Positions 7,901-16,500 of a stretch of DNA of 35,571 nt are shown piece by piece. The stretch lies in IMG/VR virus record IMGVR_UViG_3300048924_000196. One strand, written 5' to 3'. The DNA is from a virus. A program made the position numbers and the translations under genes. A model generated the notes under the pieces. It saw nothing but the letters and a program-made list of their open reading frames with translations. It searched no databases and was not told the DNA's origin. Positions within the stretch are counted from its first letter, which is position 1, and every line of letters begins with the position of its first letter.

Positions 7901-8548
7901 ATGACCAGCCCCGCCCGCCGACACTTCCAGATGGTTACGGCGCGAATTGCCGCAGAGAAAGCAGGCGACGCGCCTGTTATGAGCGGCAACGCGTACGACA
8001 TGATGCTTGTGAAGCTCCACGCTGATCGCGTGCGCCTGAAAGCCGTTAGATCTGTCGTCGCAAAAGTCGGCGTGAAAGTGAAGGTGCTGCCTGAATATGT
8101 GTCGTACGTGGATGGCGCATTGGCAGGCGGGCGGGGCGCACAGGATGACGTTCTAACCACAATCATGCTGTGGCGTATCGACGTGGGCGACTTCGATGGA
8201 GCGCTTGCTATCGGTGAATACGCGATCAAGCACAACATGACTCTTGCCGACGACTTCAAGCGCGATCTTCCTACGGCGCTTGTCGAGGAAATCTCGGACG
8301 CTGCTCTTTCGACGCTCGAAACCACGCCTGTATCTATCCGCCAACTTCAGCAAGTTGAATTCCTGACCGGTGCAAAGGACATGCACGACCAAGTGCGCGC
8401 CAAGCTTAACAAGGCGCTGGGCGTCGCTAACCAAAAGGCGGGCGAACTCGCCGCCGCACTTGAATACTTCAAGCGCGCGCTGACGCTCGACAAGCGCAGC
8501 GGCGTAAAACAAGACATTGCGCGGCTTGAAAAGCTGCTGCAAGCCTGA
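7901..8548 (+). CDS. M: Terminase small subunit (P2 gpM-like)
   Basis: MTSPARRH..., YDMMLVKLHADRVRLKA, GAQDDVLTTIMLWRIDVGDFDGAL and DQVRAKLNK parallel gpM. Confidence 0.9.
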   Translation: MTSPARRHFQMVTARIAAEKAGDAPVMSGNAYDMMLVKLHADRVRLKAVRSVVAKVGVKVKVLPEYVSYVDGALAGGRGAQDDVLTTIMLWRIDVGDFDGALAIGEYAIKHNMTLADDFKRDLPTALVEEISDAALSTLETTPVSIRQLQQVEFLTGAKDMHDQVRAKLNKALGVANQKAGELAAALEYFKRALTLDKRSGVKQDIARLEKLLQA

Positions 8549-8568
8549 GTCCCCGCGACCGGGCGGCA

Positions 8569-8614
8569 CGCCGTTGAATAACTGGACTCTTCGGACGAAG
8601 GGAATTCAACGGCG
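8569..8614 (+). promoter_or_regulatory. Perfect 11-bp inverted repeat CGCCGTTGAAT-N24-ATTCAACGGCG between M and L (RNA stem-loop or protein site)
   Basis: Read directly. No T-run follows it, so it is not a canonical terminator. Confidence 0.5.
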
Positions 8615-8650
8615 TCCACCGCCCATGACCGAAAGCACAGAGAGCCCTAT

Positions 8651-9139
8651 ATGTCGTCATTCTCCGCAGTGCAAGCGCCGACTCACGCCGATCTATCCGC
8701 GCCGTCATCGGATGGCGTGACCATCGATCAGGAATGGTTTCCCGCCGTCGACGTGGCGCACGTACGCAAAGCCGTATATCTGAAAGGCAGCGTGACGGAT
8801 GAACGTCTCGTGGCGGCGCTCGTGCGCTCTATCGATGAAGTGAACCGCGCTTTGTCGGCGTGGCAAGCGCCGTTCGTTGCGGCGGGCGTAGTCAGCCTGG
8901 CCGAAGTGCCCGCACCGAAGATCGGCGGCGAATCGGTGCATCTGAGCCGATACAGGGACGCTGTGTATTACCTCGCGCGCGCTGACCTGATCGAGCAATA
9001 CAAAGACTTCGATTCAAGCCCGGACGGCGTGAAAGACGCTGACGCGCTTGACGAAACGGTATGCAGTGATAGGCGCATCGCGCGCAACGCCCTCAACGAC
9101 ATTCGCGGAACCGCCCGCATGGCTGTGGAGCTTGTGTAA
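8651..9139 (+). CDS. L: Head completion/stabilisation protein (P2 gpL-like)
   Basis: 162 aa at the gpL position. WFPAVDVAHVRKA and VP..I.GES...Y..AV segments resemble gpL. Confidence 0.8.
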   Translation: MSSFSAVQAPTHADLSAPSSDGVTIDQEWFPAVDVAHVRKAVYLKGSVTDERLVAALVRSIDEVNRALSAWQAPFVAAGVVSLAEVPAPKIGGESVHLSRYRDAVYYLARADLIEQYKDFDSSPDGVKDADALDETVCSDRRIARNALNDIRGTARMAVELV

Positions 9140-9348
9140 TGGCGACCGTCTATTCAATGCAAGGCGACACCGTCGACGCGCTGTGCTGGCGTCATCTCGG
9201 CGTGACAAAGGGGGTTGTCGAGATGGTGATGGAAATGAACCCCGGCCTGTCCCTGTTGGGGCTGGTGTTGCCGGTCGGAACGCCGGTCGATCTGCCTGAG
9301 CAGCAACAGGCGCAATCGACGGTGAAGCTTGTTAACCTTTTTGATTGA
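9139..9348 (+). CDS. X: Tail protein X (P2 gpX-like, LysM-like)
   Basis: 69 aa, start overlaps the L stop. GDTVDALCWRHLG...NPGL...LPVGTPVDLP is the typical tail-X sequence. Confidence 0.85.
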   Translation: MATVYSMQGDTVDALCWRHLGVTKGVVEMVMEMNPGLSLLGLVLPVGTPVDLPEQQQAQSTVKLVNLFD

Positions 9349-9362
9349 TGGAGCATTGAAAA

Positions 9363-9707
9363 ATGGCGGAACCGAGTACCGCCGCGTTGGTTGCGGCATC
9401 CACCACTGTCGGGCTGGCGAGTATTTTCCCCGGCATCGACGGTAACGCGTTGATCGGTGCATTCGCCGGTGCCGCTTTAGTCGTCGTCACGTCGAAAGAC
9501 CTGAGCGTGCTGACGCGCATCGCGTACATGATTATTTCGGTAGTAATCGGCTATATCGCCGCGCCGGAAGTCATCAAGCACAGTCCGCTCACGTCGACGG
9601 GCGTCGCTGCTTTCTTCGCTGCCGCTTTGGCGATTACCGTCACGCTTCAATTGATCGAACGCATTCGCAACTTCGATCTGTTGTCGCTGATCCGCAAGGA
9701 GGACTGA
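9363..9707 (+). CDS. Holin-like membrane protein
   Basis: 114 aa with several hydrophobic helices. First gene of the lysis cassette, at the gpY position. Confidence 0.65.
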   Translation: MAEPSTAALVAASTTVGLASIFPGIDGNALIGAFAGAALVVVTSKDLSVLTRIAYMIISVVIGYIAAPEVIKHSPLTSTGVAAFFAAALAITVTLQLIERIRNFDLLSLIRKED

Positions 9708-9976
9708 TGCATACGTGGCTTGCTTCAACGGCAATCGTTGCGAACGTCATCGCCGCGTTTTACATCGTGACGTATCGCCGTGGCGACGCAGCGCACAAAC
9801 ATCATGTGGCGTGGTCCGCGTGGCTGCTGCTCGTGGTACTCGGCGGCAACGCGCTCGACATGCTGGTTCATCCGCGTCATGTCGGTGTGTTCGAAGTGCT
9901 GCTCGCGCTGTTCATTGAACTCATCGTCTACAACGCACGCGGCAACGTCGCAAAAATAGTGTGGGGTGCGGAATGA
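9707..9976 (+). CDS. Second small membrane protein of the lysis cassette (holin/antiholin candidate)
   Basis: 89 aa with about 3 predicted TM segments. ATGA-type overlaps with both neighbours. Confidence 0.6.
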   Translation: MHTWLASTAIVANVIAAFYIVTYRRGDAAHKHHVAWSAWLLLVVLGGNALDMLVHPRHVGVFEVLLALFIELIVYNARGNVAKIVWGAE

Positions 9977-10530
9977 TCTACACCGCAGCGGCAACCCTGC
10001 TTGGCGTTGAAGTCGCATTGATTCACGCCGTTGCCGAGGTCGAAAGCAAAGGCGCGGGTTTCCTTGACGCGCACCGACCGAAAATACTTTTCGAACGTCA
10101 CTGCTTTTACAAGGCGCTCAAAGCAAAGGGCGCTGACGCCGATGGATTCGCCACGCGTATGCCGGACATCTGCAACCCGGTAGCGGGCGGATACGAGGGC
10201 GGCGCGCACGAATACGACCGGCTCGAAATTGCGGCAACCATCGACCACGCCGCCGCATACGAGTCGGCATCGTGGGGCGCGTTTCAAATCATGGGCTTCC
10301 ACTGGAAAGCGTTGGGATACGCCTCAATCGATGACTTTGTCAGCGAAATGCACGAGTCAGAAGAGGCGCAGTTAGACGCGTTCGTGCGGTTCGTGAAAGC
10401 AAGTCCGAAACTTGTTAAGGCGCTCAAGACGAAAGACTTTGCGGCGTTCGCGGAGGGCTACAACGGCGAGGAATACCGCAAGTTCGCCTATGACACAAAG
10501 ATGGCCGCTGCATACCGGAGATACGCGTAA
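9973..10530 (+). CDS. Endolysin, N-acetylmuramidase (DUF3380/Muramidase family)
   Basis: ALIHAVAEVESKGAGF...ILFERHCF and SWGAFQIMGFHW motifs. ATG at 9973 overlaps the upstream stop (ATGA). Confidence 0.85.
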   Translation: MIYTAAATLLGVEVALIHAVAEVESKGAGFLDAHRPKILFERHCFYKALKAKGADADGFATRMPDICNPVAGGYEGGAHEYDRLEIAATIDHAAAYESASWGAFQIMGFHWKALGYASIDDFVSEMHESEEAQLDAFVRFVKASPKLVKALKTKDFAAFAEGYNGEEYRKFAYDTKMAAAYRRYA

Positions 10531-10970
10531 TGGAATTTCTTGAGCCGTACATTGCAAAGATCGGCATTGCGCTCGCGGCGATTGCTGCCGCAATAGCGAT
10601 GTGGTTCTACGTTCAATCGCTGCGTTCGGATGTGACTGTGGCGAAAGACGCGGCGAGCAAGGCGCAGCAAATCGCAGACGATCGTGGCGCGACGATTGCC
10701 GATATGCAGAAGAAGCAGCGCGAGCAGGCGGACGCGCTTAACAAGCTGGACAAGCAACGCGCTGACATCGCCGCGCAACTGTCCAAGACTCAATCCGATT
10801 TCGAGGCGTTGAAACGTGAAAACAAGCAAGTGCAAAAGTGGGCTGCTCATGCTGTGCCTGACCCTGTCGGCGTGTTCTACAGCCGTCCAGCCGTCGCCGG
10901 ATACGCGGCGTACGCTGCAATGCGCGCCGGTGAGCCCGTGCAACCTGTCGGCGGTAACGATTCGAAGTAA
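10530..10970 (+). CDS. i-spanin (Rz-like)
   Basis: N-terminal TM helix (IALAAIAAAIAMWFYV) followed by a charged coiled-coil. Directly follows the endolysin. Confidence 0.8.
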   Translation: MEFLEPYIAKIGIALAAIAAAIAMWFYVQSLRSDVTVAKDAASKAQQIADDRGATIADMQKKQREQADALNKLDKQRADIAAQLSKTQSDFEALKRENKQVQKWAAHAVPDPVGVFYSRPAVAGYAAYAAMRAGEPVQPVGGNDSK

Positions 10971-11112
10971 CGACGACTTGGGCAAGGCGCTAAAACAGAC
11001 TGAGGCGGATTGGTCCGTGTGCGCTGCTGTCGTGGATCTGATCGTGGATTGCCAGAACAAGGTTCTCCATGCGGAAGCGGCGAAAGGGGCGAGCGATGGA
11101 CAAGGCAACTAG
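10816..11112 (+). CDS. o-spanin lipoprotein (Rz1-like), overlapped architecture with a GTG start
   Basis: +1-frame ORF starting inside Rz. Signal peptide plus lipobox: MKTSKCKSGLLMLCLTLSAC. Runs past the Rz stop and 17 nt into R. Confidence 0.7.
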   Translation: MKTSKCKSGLLMLCLTLSACSTAVQPSPDTRRTLQCAPVSPCNLSAVTIRSNDDLGKALKQTEADWSVCAAVVDLIVDCQNKVLHAEAAKGASDGQGN

Positions 11113-11533
11113 CGTTCGGGCGGCGCTTAACAACGCGTTCCCGGAGTTCGTGACGGACCCGAATCGGCTCAAGGTGTTTGCCGACAAGGGAAAGATCGTC
11201 GCAAGTTTGGCGCGCACCGATTCTTTCGATTACCAGTACACGCTCAATGTGATCGTGCTCGACTTCACGGGCGATGCAGACAAGGTGTTTCTGGCAATGG
11301 TTAAGTGGATGCGAGCCAATCAACCGGACGCCTTGTTAAACGTCGACGCTCGCGACGATGCCATAGGGTTCGAAGCGGACTTTAACGATGACACGTCCGT
11401 CGACCTGAGCATAACGCTCAAGCTCACTGAAAGCGTTGTCGAGAACCCGGACGGCACGACGACGCACGTTGCCGAACCGCAGCCGGACTACGGATTGGGT
11501 AGTGACGGCCTGGGCGGCGAGTGGACATCATGA
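11096..11533 (+). CDS. R: Tail completion protein (P2 gpR-like)
   Basis: 145 aa from the ATG at 11096 (AAGGGG Shine-Dalgarno upstream). Position and size match gpR. Confidence 0.8.
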   Translation: MDKATSVRAALNNAFPEFVTDPNRLKVFADKGKIVASLARTDSFDYQYTLNVIVLDFTGDADKVFLAMVKWMRANQPDALLNVDARDDAIGFEADFNDDTSVDLSITLKLTESVVENPDGTTTHVAEPQPDYGLGSDGLGGEWTS

Positions 11534-11982
11534 GCGAAGACCTCAAGGCGTTCGATACGTGGGCGAGCCATCTGCTTTCCAAGCTCGACGGTAGTGCTCG
11601 CCGTGCTGCCTTGCGTGACGTTGCCAAGAATCTACAGGCGTCGCAACGCAAGCGCATCGCATCGAACCGGAACCCGGACGGCAGTGCTTACGCCAAGCGC
11701 AAGCCGCGATTGAAAGACAAAGTCGGTCGCATCAAGCGCGGCGCGATGTTTCCCGGCTTGCGCAAAGCGAAGTATCTGAAAGCGGAAGTGACGTCAGAGG
11801 GCGTTGCCGTTGGATTCGCCGGTCGTATCGCGCGCGTTGCTCGAGTCCACCAATACGGGCTCACTGATGCGGTGTCGAAAGGCGGGCCGCAACACAGGTA
11901 CGCGGAGCGTGTCCTGTTGGGATTCACTGACGCCGACCACGAAATGATTGCGGACGTGCTGTTGAAACACCTCGCACCTTAA
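11530..11982 (+). CDS. S: Tail completion protein (P2 gpS-like)
   Basis: 150 aa, the same length as gpS. ATGA overlap with R. Typical virion morphogenesis sequence (RKRIASNRNPDGSAYA). Confidence 0.8.
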   Translation: MSEDLKAFDTWASHLLSKLDGSARRAALRDVAKNLQASQRKRIASNRNPDGSAYAKRKPRLKDKVGRIKRGAMFPGLRKAKYLKAEVTSEGVAVGFAGRIARVARVHQYGLTDAVSKGGPQHRYAERVLLGFTDADHEMIADVLLKHLAP

Positions 11983-12051
11983 CACTGTGCCCGATGCACA
12001 TACAAACGCCGCCGCTTTGATGCGCGCGCACGCACGCGGAGAATCGCATAC

Positions 12052-12705
12052 ATGAACACTGAAACACAGCGCCAGAGTTTGAACGGCATTCGAGAGGGGT
12101 CCGTAATGGAGGTAAGCGGATCGCTTTGCCGTGTCGAATCGGGCGGGATTGAAACGGACTGGATTAAATGGTTTGTGCCGATGGCTGGCGAGTCAATCGA
12201 ATGGTCCGCGCCGTCCGTTGGGGAGTCTGTGGTGCTGCTTTGCCCTAGTGGTGATACCGCGCAAGGTTTCGCGCTGCGCGGTTATTACAGCGATGAATTC
12301 CCGCCCCCTTCGGAAGACCCGAATAAACACCTTCGTGTGTATAAGGACGGCGCATCGGTCGAATACGACATGGCGGCGCACAAGTTCACGATCGATTTGC
12401 CGGGTGGCGGGCAAGTCGTCGTAAACGCCGCTGACGCCGCGACGGTCAACGCCAAGAAAGCAGACGTGAACGCCGATGCAATCACGCTAAACGGCGACAC
12501 GACAGTTACAAAGACGCTGCTTGTTAAGGGTGCGTTGACGTTCGAATCCGGTATGACCGGCAAGGGCGGCGCGGATGGCGGAAAGACGATGAAGATTGAC
12601 GGTGAAGCCGAATATACAGGCGAAGTAAGCGCGCGCGGCATCAAGCTTTCGACGCACGTTCACACAGAACAGGGTGACGGCAAAGACGTGAGCGCGCCGA
12701 AATGA
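12052..12705 (+). CDS. V: Baseplate spike/assembly protein (P2 gpV-like)
   Basis: 217 aa, first gene of the V-W-J-I-H-G block. The C-terminal HVHTEQGDG motif is typical of spike proteins. Confidence 0.85.
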   Translation: MNTETQRQSLNGIREGSVMEVSGSLCRVESGGIETDWIKWFVPMAGESIEWSAPSVGESVVLLCPSGDTAQGFALRGYYSDEFPPPSEDPNKHLRVYKDGASVEYDMAAHKFTIDLPGGGQVVVNAADAATVNAKKADVNADAITLNGDTTVTKTLLVKGALTFESGMTGKGGADGGKTMKIDGEAEYTGEVSARGIKLSTHVHTEQGDGKDVSAPK

Positions 12706-13046
12706 GAGGACTGAACGCAAAGACCGGGCGAACAGCCGTTGGCGTCGACCACCTGTATCAGTCCATTGACAAGATTCTGACGACGCCGCTCGGCACGCGT
12801 GTCGAGCGGCGCGACTTTGGTTCCGAATTGCCGGAACTGCAGGACGCGCCGAACAACGCGGTGTATCGAGTCCTGCTCTTCTCCGCTATTGCGACGGCGT
12901 TAATGCGATGGGAGCCCCGGTTGAAACTGTCGAGCATTGAGCTTGAAGCGCCGTCGCTGGACGGTTCGCAGAACGTGAACCTCGAAGGAGTCACAACCGA
13001 AACAGGCGAGCCGTACAGCGCCGCATTCAACACAGGAACGAAATGA
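12702..13046 (+). CDS. W: Baseplate wedge protein (P2 gpW/gp25-like)
   Basis: 114 aa. GVDHLYQSIDKILTTPLGTRVERRDFGS is the gp25/GPW signature. ATGA overlaps. Confidence 0.9.
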   Translation: MRGLNAKTGRTAVGVDHLYQSIDKILTTPLGTRVERRDFGSELPELQDAPNNAVYRVLLFSAIATALMRWEPRLKLSSIELEAPSLDGSQNVNLEGVTTETGEPYSAAFNTGTK

Positions 13047-13981
13047 GTACGGCACCGATTGACCTTAGCAAGCTGCCGCCGCCCGAGATTGTCGAGCAGA
13101 TTGATTACGAAGAAATCCTCTTCGAACTAAAGGCGAAGCTCGTTAGCCTTTACCCGGCTGCGCAACAGGCTGAAATCGCGCAAGCGCTCGCGCTCGAAAG
13201 CGAGCCGATCAATATCATGTTGCAGGGCGCAGCCTACCGCGAATTCATGTTGCGGCAGGCGTTCAACGACCGTGCGCGAGGCATGCTGCTCGCGTTCGCT
13301 CGTGGTGCCAATCTGGAACACCTTGCCGCGCTGTTTGACGTTGAACGACAGACGATTCAGGAGGCTGACGAAGAGCAGGGCATACCTGAGATTAAAGAGG
13401 ATGACGACAGCCTGTTAGAGCGCACGCAGATGGCCCCGCAAAGCTTCACATGCGCCGGACCTACCGGTATGTACGTGTCTATTGCGCGCAGCGCTGACGG
13501 GCGAGTGCTCGACGCATCCGCGATCAGCCCAAGCCCGTGCAGCGCGGTTATTACCGTGCTGGCTCGTGACGGTGACGGTACGGCATCGAAAGAGCTTACG
13601 GACATCGTTGAAGCGGCGTTGAATCCGAAGACCGTACGCCCGCTGTGCGACTTCGTTAAGGCCCAATCGGCAAAGATTCATCGCTACTCCGTAGCGGCGC
13701 AACTCGTGTTCTTTCAAGGTCCGGACAGGGCGTTGGCGCTGCAATCGGCTATCGATGGTCTCAACGCGTTCACGAAAAAAATGCGCAAGCTCGGACAAGC
13801 TGTAACGCTTGACGGTATTTCCGGCGTGCTGCGCGTGTCCGGCGTCCAGCGCGTGATTCTGACGAGCCCCGCCACCGACATCGAATGCACGTTGCAGGAG
13901 TCTACGTTTTGCGAGGGATTCTCGATTTCGGATGGCGGTTTATATACCCCGGTCGACGGCGCATATGAGGCGGAGCAATGA
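13043..13981 (+). CDS. J: Baseplate protein (P2 gpJ-like)
   Basis: 312 aa. LPPPEIVEQIDYEEIL N-terminus typical of gpJ. Synteny. Confidence 0.9.
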   Translation: MSTAPIDLSKLPPPEIVEQIDYEEILFELKAKLVSLYPAAQQAEIAQALALESEPINIMLQGAAYREFMLRQAFNDRARGMLLAFARGANLEHLAALFDVERQTIQEADEEQGIPEIKEDDDSLLERTQMAPQSFTCAGPTGMYVSIARSADGRVLDASAISPSPCSAVITVLARDGDGTASKELTDIVEAALNPKTVRPLCDFVKAQSAKIHRYSVAAQLVFFQGPDRALALQSAIDGLNAFTKKMRKLGQAVTLDGISGVLRVSGVQRVILTSPATDIECTLQESTFCEGFSISDGGLYTPVDGAYEAEQ

Positions 13982-14529
13982 CGTTCCGCTCGCTGCTGCC
14001 GCCGAATTCGACCATTCACGAGCGCGCGCTTGAATTCGCGTCGTCACGTGTCGGTGACATTCCTATCCCGCTGGAACTGCTTAACGATCCGCAGAATATT
14101 CCTCTGTCGATGTTGCCTTACCTCGCGTTCGGGCGCGGCATCGATAGCTGGTCATCGGACTGGCCGGAGCAGGTGAAGCGGGCGCGCGTCGCGCAGGCGA
14201 TACCCATCGCTCGACGCAAAGGCACCGTGTCAGCCGTTGAGGATGTCGTTGCGGCGTTCGGCGCGGCGGTGTCCATTCGCGAATGGTGGGAAACCACGCC
14301 GCAAGGCACGCCCGGAACGTTTGACGTGGTGTTGACGGTGTCGGCGCGTGATGGCAAATCGCCTACCGCTGCATACGTTGCTGACATCGTGGCGGAAATC
14401 GACCGCGTGAAGCCCTTAACAAGGCATTACACATTTACACAGGGCGTCCAGCTACAAGCGGACATCGGAATAATCGGGGCGGCACGCTTCGCCGTGTTTG
14501 CGCGCCTCTCATTGACGGAGAAGGTATGA
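13978..14529 (+). CDS. I: Baseplate/tail protein (P2 gpI-like)
   Basis: 183 aa. LLPPNSTIHERALE N-terminus typical of gpI. Synteny. Confidence 0.9.
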   Translation: MTFRSLLPPNSTIHERALEFASSRVGDIPIPLELLNDPQNIPLSMLPYLAFGRGIDSWSSDWPEQVKRARVAQAIPIARRKGTVSAVEDVVAAFGAAVSIREWWETTPQGTPGTFDVVLTVSARDGKSPTAAYVADIVAEIDRVKPLTRHYTFTQGVQLQADIGIIGAARFAVFARLSLTEKV

Positions 14530-15953
14530 GCGTGATCGTAGAAAACGCATCGGCGTTGATCAACATCTATGCGAAAGGGCGTGCGGCGCTAATCGCCCTG
14601 GGCAACGAAGGGACACGCGCCGCCAAGGTGACGGAAATCGGCATCGCTGGCGCGCCGTTTGATGACACGCTTGAAACGTGGGATGCGGTCCCGAACGAAG
14701 TCAAGCGCATCACGAGCTTCGGCGGCAAGAACATTGCAGCGGACACCATCCACGTGTCAATTCAGGACGCGGGCCCGGATGAATACCCGATGTACGGCTT
14801 TGGCATCTATCTCGAAGACGGGACGCTGCTCGGCGCGTATTGTCAAGACACGCCGATTATTGACAAGTCGAAGGTTTCGATGTCGATGGCAGCGTTTGAC
14901 ATCCGCTTGATTGACATCGACGTGGAGTCCATCGATTTCGGCGACGCGGTATTCAGCAACCCGCCCGCTACGGAAACCGTAGTCGGCGTTGCGCGTATTG
15001 CCACTCAAGCGGAAGTCGACGCAGGCACCGATGACACGACCATTCTGACGCCGAAGAAAGCGGCGAAGCGATTCGCGGCGCTCACTGGCGCGGCGTTCAC
15101 TGGCCTTATTAAGATCGCTCGTGGCATTGGGTTCAAGACCCTTTCTTTCGACGCTGACGACAAAGGCGCTTCGATTCTCACTGACGGTCCGTTGGCGATT
15201 GGCTCGACTGCTACGGATGGCGCGGTGCGCGTCATATCTGGTGGCACAGAGACGGGGCGATTCACTCCGGCAAGCCAATTGCTGATCGGGATGACGACGA
15301 CCGTAGCAACCGAAAAGCTTCAAGTTACGGGCGGCGGGCGATTCGACGCGCTGGCAACCATCAACGCAATTACCGTAGGCGGCGCACTGACGGCAAACGG
15401 CGCGACGCTGCTTAACAGCACGCTTACGACGCGCGGCACGGCGATATTCACGGGCTCGCTTCAAACCACGGGAACGAACGACTTTCAGGGTATTAGCCAA
15501 TCGTACTTTACGGGGCGCGTGACGGTTCGAAATAACGGCGGCGGTAGTGCCGAACTCGCGATGATCGCGGGCGGCGCACAAAGTGCCACGTACCTTCGTG
15601 CGCGCATCGGCGGCGGAGTTGAATTCATCAACGCGTCTTATACCGCCGTGCCGCTGTGGTGGGACGATCCGGGCAACCTGCACATGTCGGGCAATGCGTA
15701 CGTTGGCGGCGCGATAGTGGCGACAAACGGCGACATCTATATGCCGTGGGCGGGCGCGTACCTTTCGACCGTGCTATCGCAGCATCCCGGCGTAGCCGTG
15801 TGCCAGTGGAACACGGGCGTTAACAATTTCGGCTTGATCGCGAACATCAACGGGCCGATCCCCGCGCCTTGGGTTGTCGTAGGCATGAGCGGACCCGGCA
15901 ACGGCACGGCAAACGCAATCAGTGTATACGGCGTTCAACTCCGCAACGCATAA
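14526..15953 (+). CDS. H: Tail fiber protein (P2 gpH-like)
   Basis: 475 aa. ETVVGVARIATQAEVDAGTDDTTILTPKKAAKRF is the conserved fiber N-domain motif. The C-terminus is divergent. Confidence 0.85.
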   Translation: MSVIVENASALINIYAKGRAALIALGNEGTRAAKVTEIGIAGAPFDDTLETWDAVPNEVKRITSFGGKNIAADTIHVSIQDAGPDEYPMYGFGIYLEDGTLLGAYCQDTPIIDKSKVSMSMAAFDIRLIDIDVESIDFGDAVFSNPPATETVVGVARIATQAEVDAGTDDTTILTPKKAAKRFAALTGAAFTGLIKIARGIGFKTLSFDADDKGASILTDGPLAIGSTATDGAVRVISGGTETGRFTPASQLLIGMTTTVATEKLQVTGGGRFDALATINAITVGGALTANGATLLNSTLTTRGTAIFTGSLQTTGTNDFQGISQSYFTGRVTVRNNGGGSAELAMIAGGAQSATYLRARIGGGVEFINASYTAVPLWWDDPGNLHMSGNAYVGGAIVATNGDIYMPWAGAYLSTVLSQHPGVAVCQWNTGVNNFGLIANINGPIPAPWVVVGMSGPGNGTANAISVYGVQLRNA

Positions 15954-15979
15954 CGCGACAAATAAAAAGAGGCTTAACA

Positions 15980-16408
15980 ATGTCATTCCTTCACCGAGAC
16001 CTTTTGCAATACGCACTGGAACAGGAGTTCCCAACCCTGAGGCACGCAAAGGATTACTGGTGCGCGCATCGGGTAGACGATAACGACTTTTCGATTCAGG
16101 TGGCTGACGCGGCAATCATCGCGTGGCAACCGCAGGACATCGAAGAGCCGACGCTTGTCGAGTACATCACCATGTGCGCGAAGCATTACACCGCATGGAA
16201 CATGATCGACCTCGCTGCAAAGGCGCGCACTCAACGTGATGCGCTGCTCGTGGCTGCTGACGCGCTTATCTACAAGGCAGAAGACGCGGGGCAAAACTCG
16301 ACGGCACTGCGCGCCTACCGACAGGCGTTGCGCGACGTGCCGGAGCAGACCGGATTCCCGACAGATATTCAATGGCCCGTTGTCCCCGTGGCACCCACAA
16401 CGGCCTGA
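15980..16408 (+). CDS. G: Tail fiber assembly chaperone (P2 gpG-like)
   Basis: 142 aa from the ATG at 15980. RDALLVAADALIYKAED...YRQALRDVPEQTGFPTDIQWP is typical of tail-fiber assembly proteins. Confidence 0.8.
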   Translation: MSFLHRDLLQYALEQEFPTLRHAKDYWCAHRVDDNDFSIQVADAAIIAWQPQDIEEPTLVEYITMCAKHYTAWNMIDLAAKARTQRDALLVAADALIYKAEDAGQNSTALRAYRQALRDVPEQTGFPTDIQWPVVPVAPTTA

Positions 16409-16500
16409 ACGACCCGCGCACGCGGGAACGCTTTACCCTGATGCACTGAAATCGAAAGCCCCTCTTTTCAACGCTACATCCATCCTGAATAGGACTACTA

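Noticed and set aside
11983-16500. Attempt to identify Ogr-dependent late promoters (TGT-N12-ACA dyads) upstream of V (11983-12051) and FI (16409-16500)
   Set aside because: Only loose matches were found (TGT-N13-ACA near 11986). A shared GATGCAC heptamer (about 11999 and 16441) sits too close to the start codons to fit the P2 -55 activator position. This is not enough evidence to call promoters.
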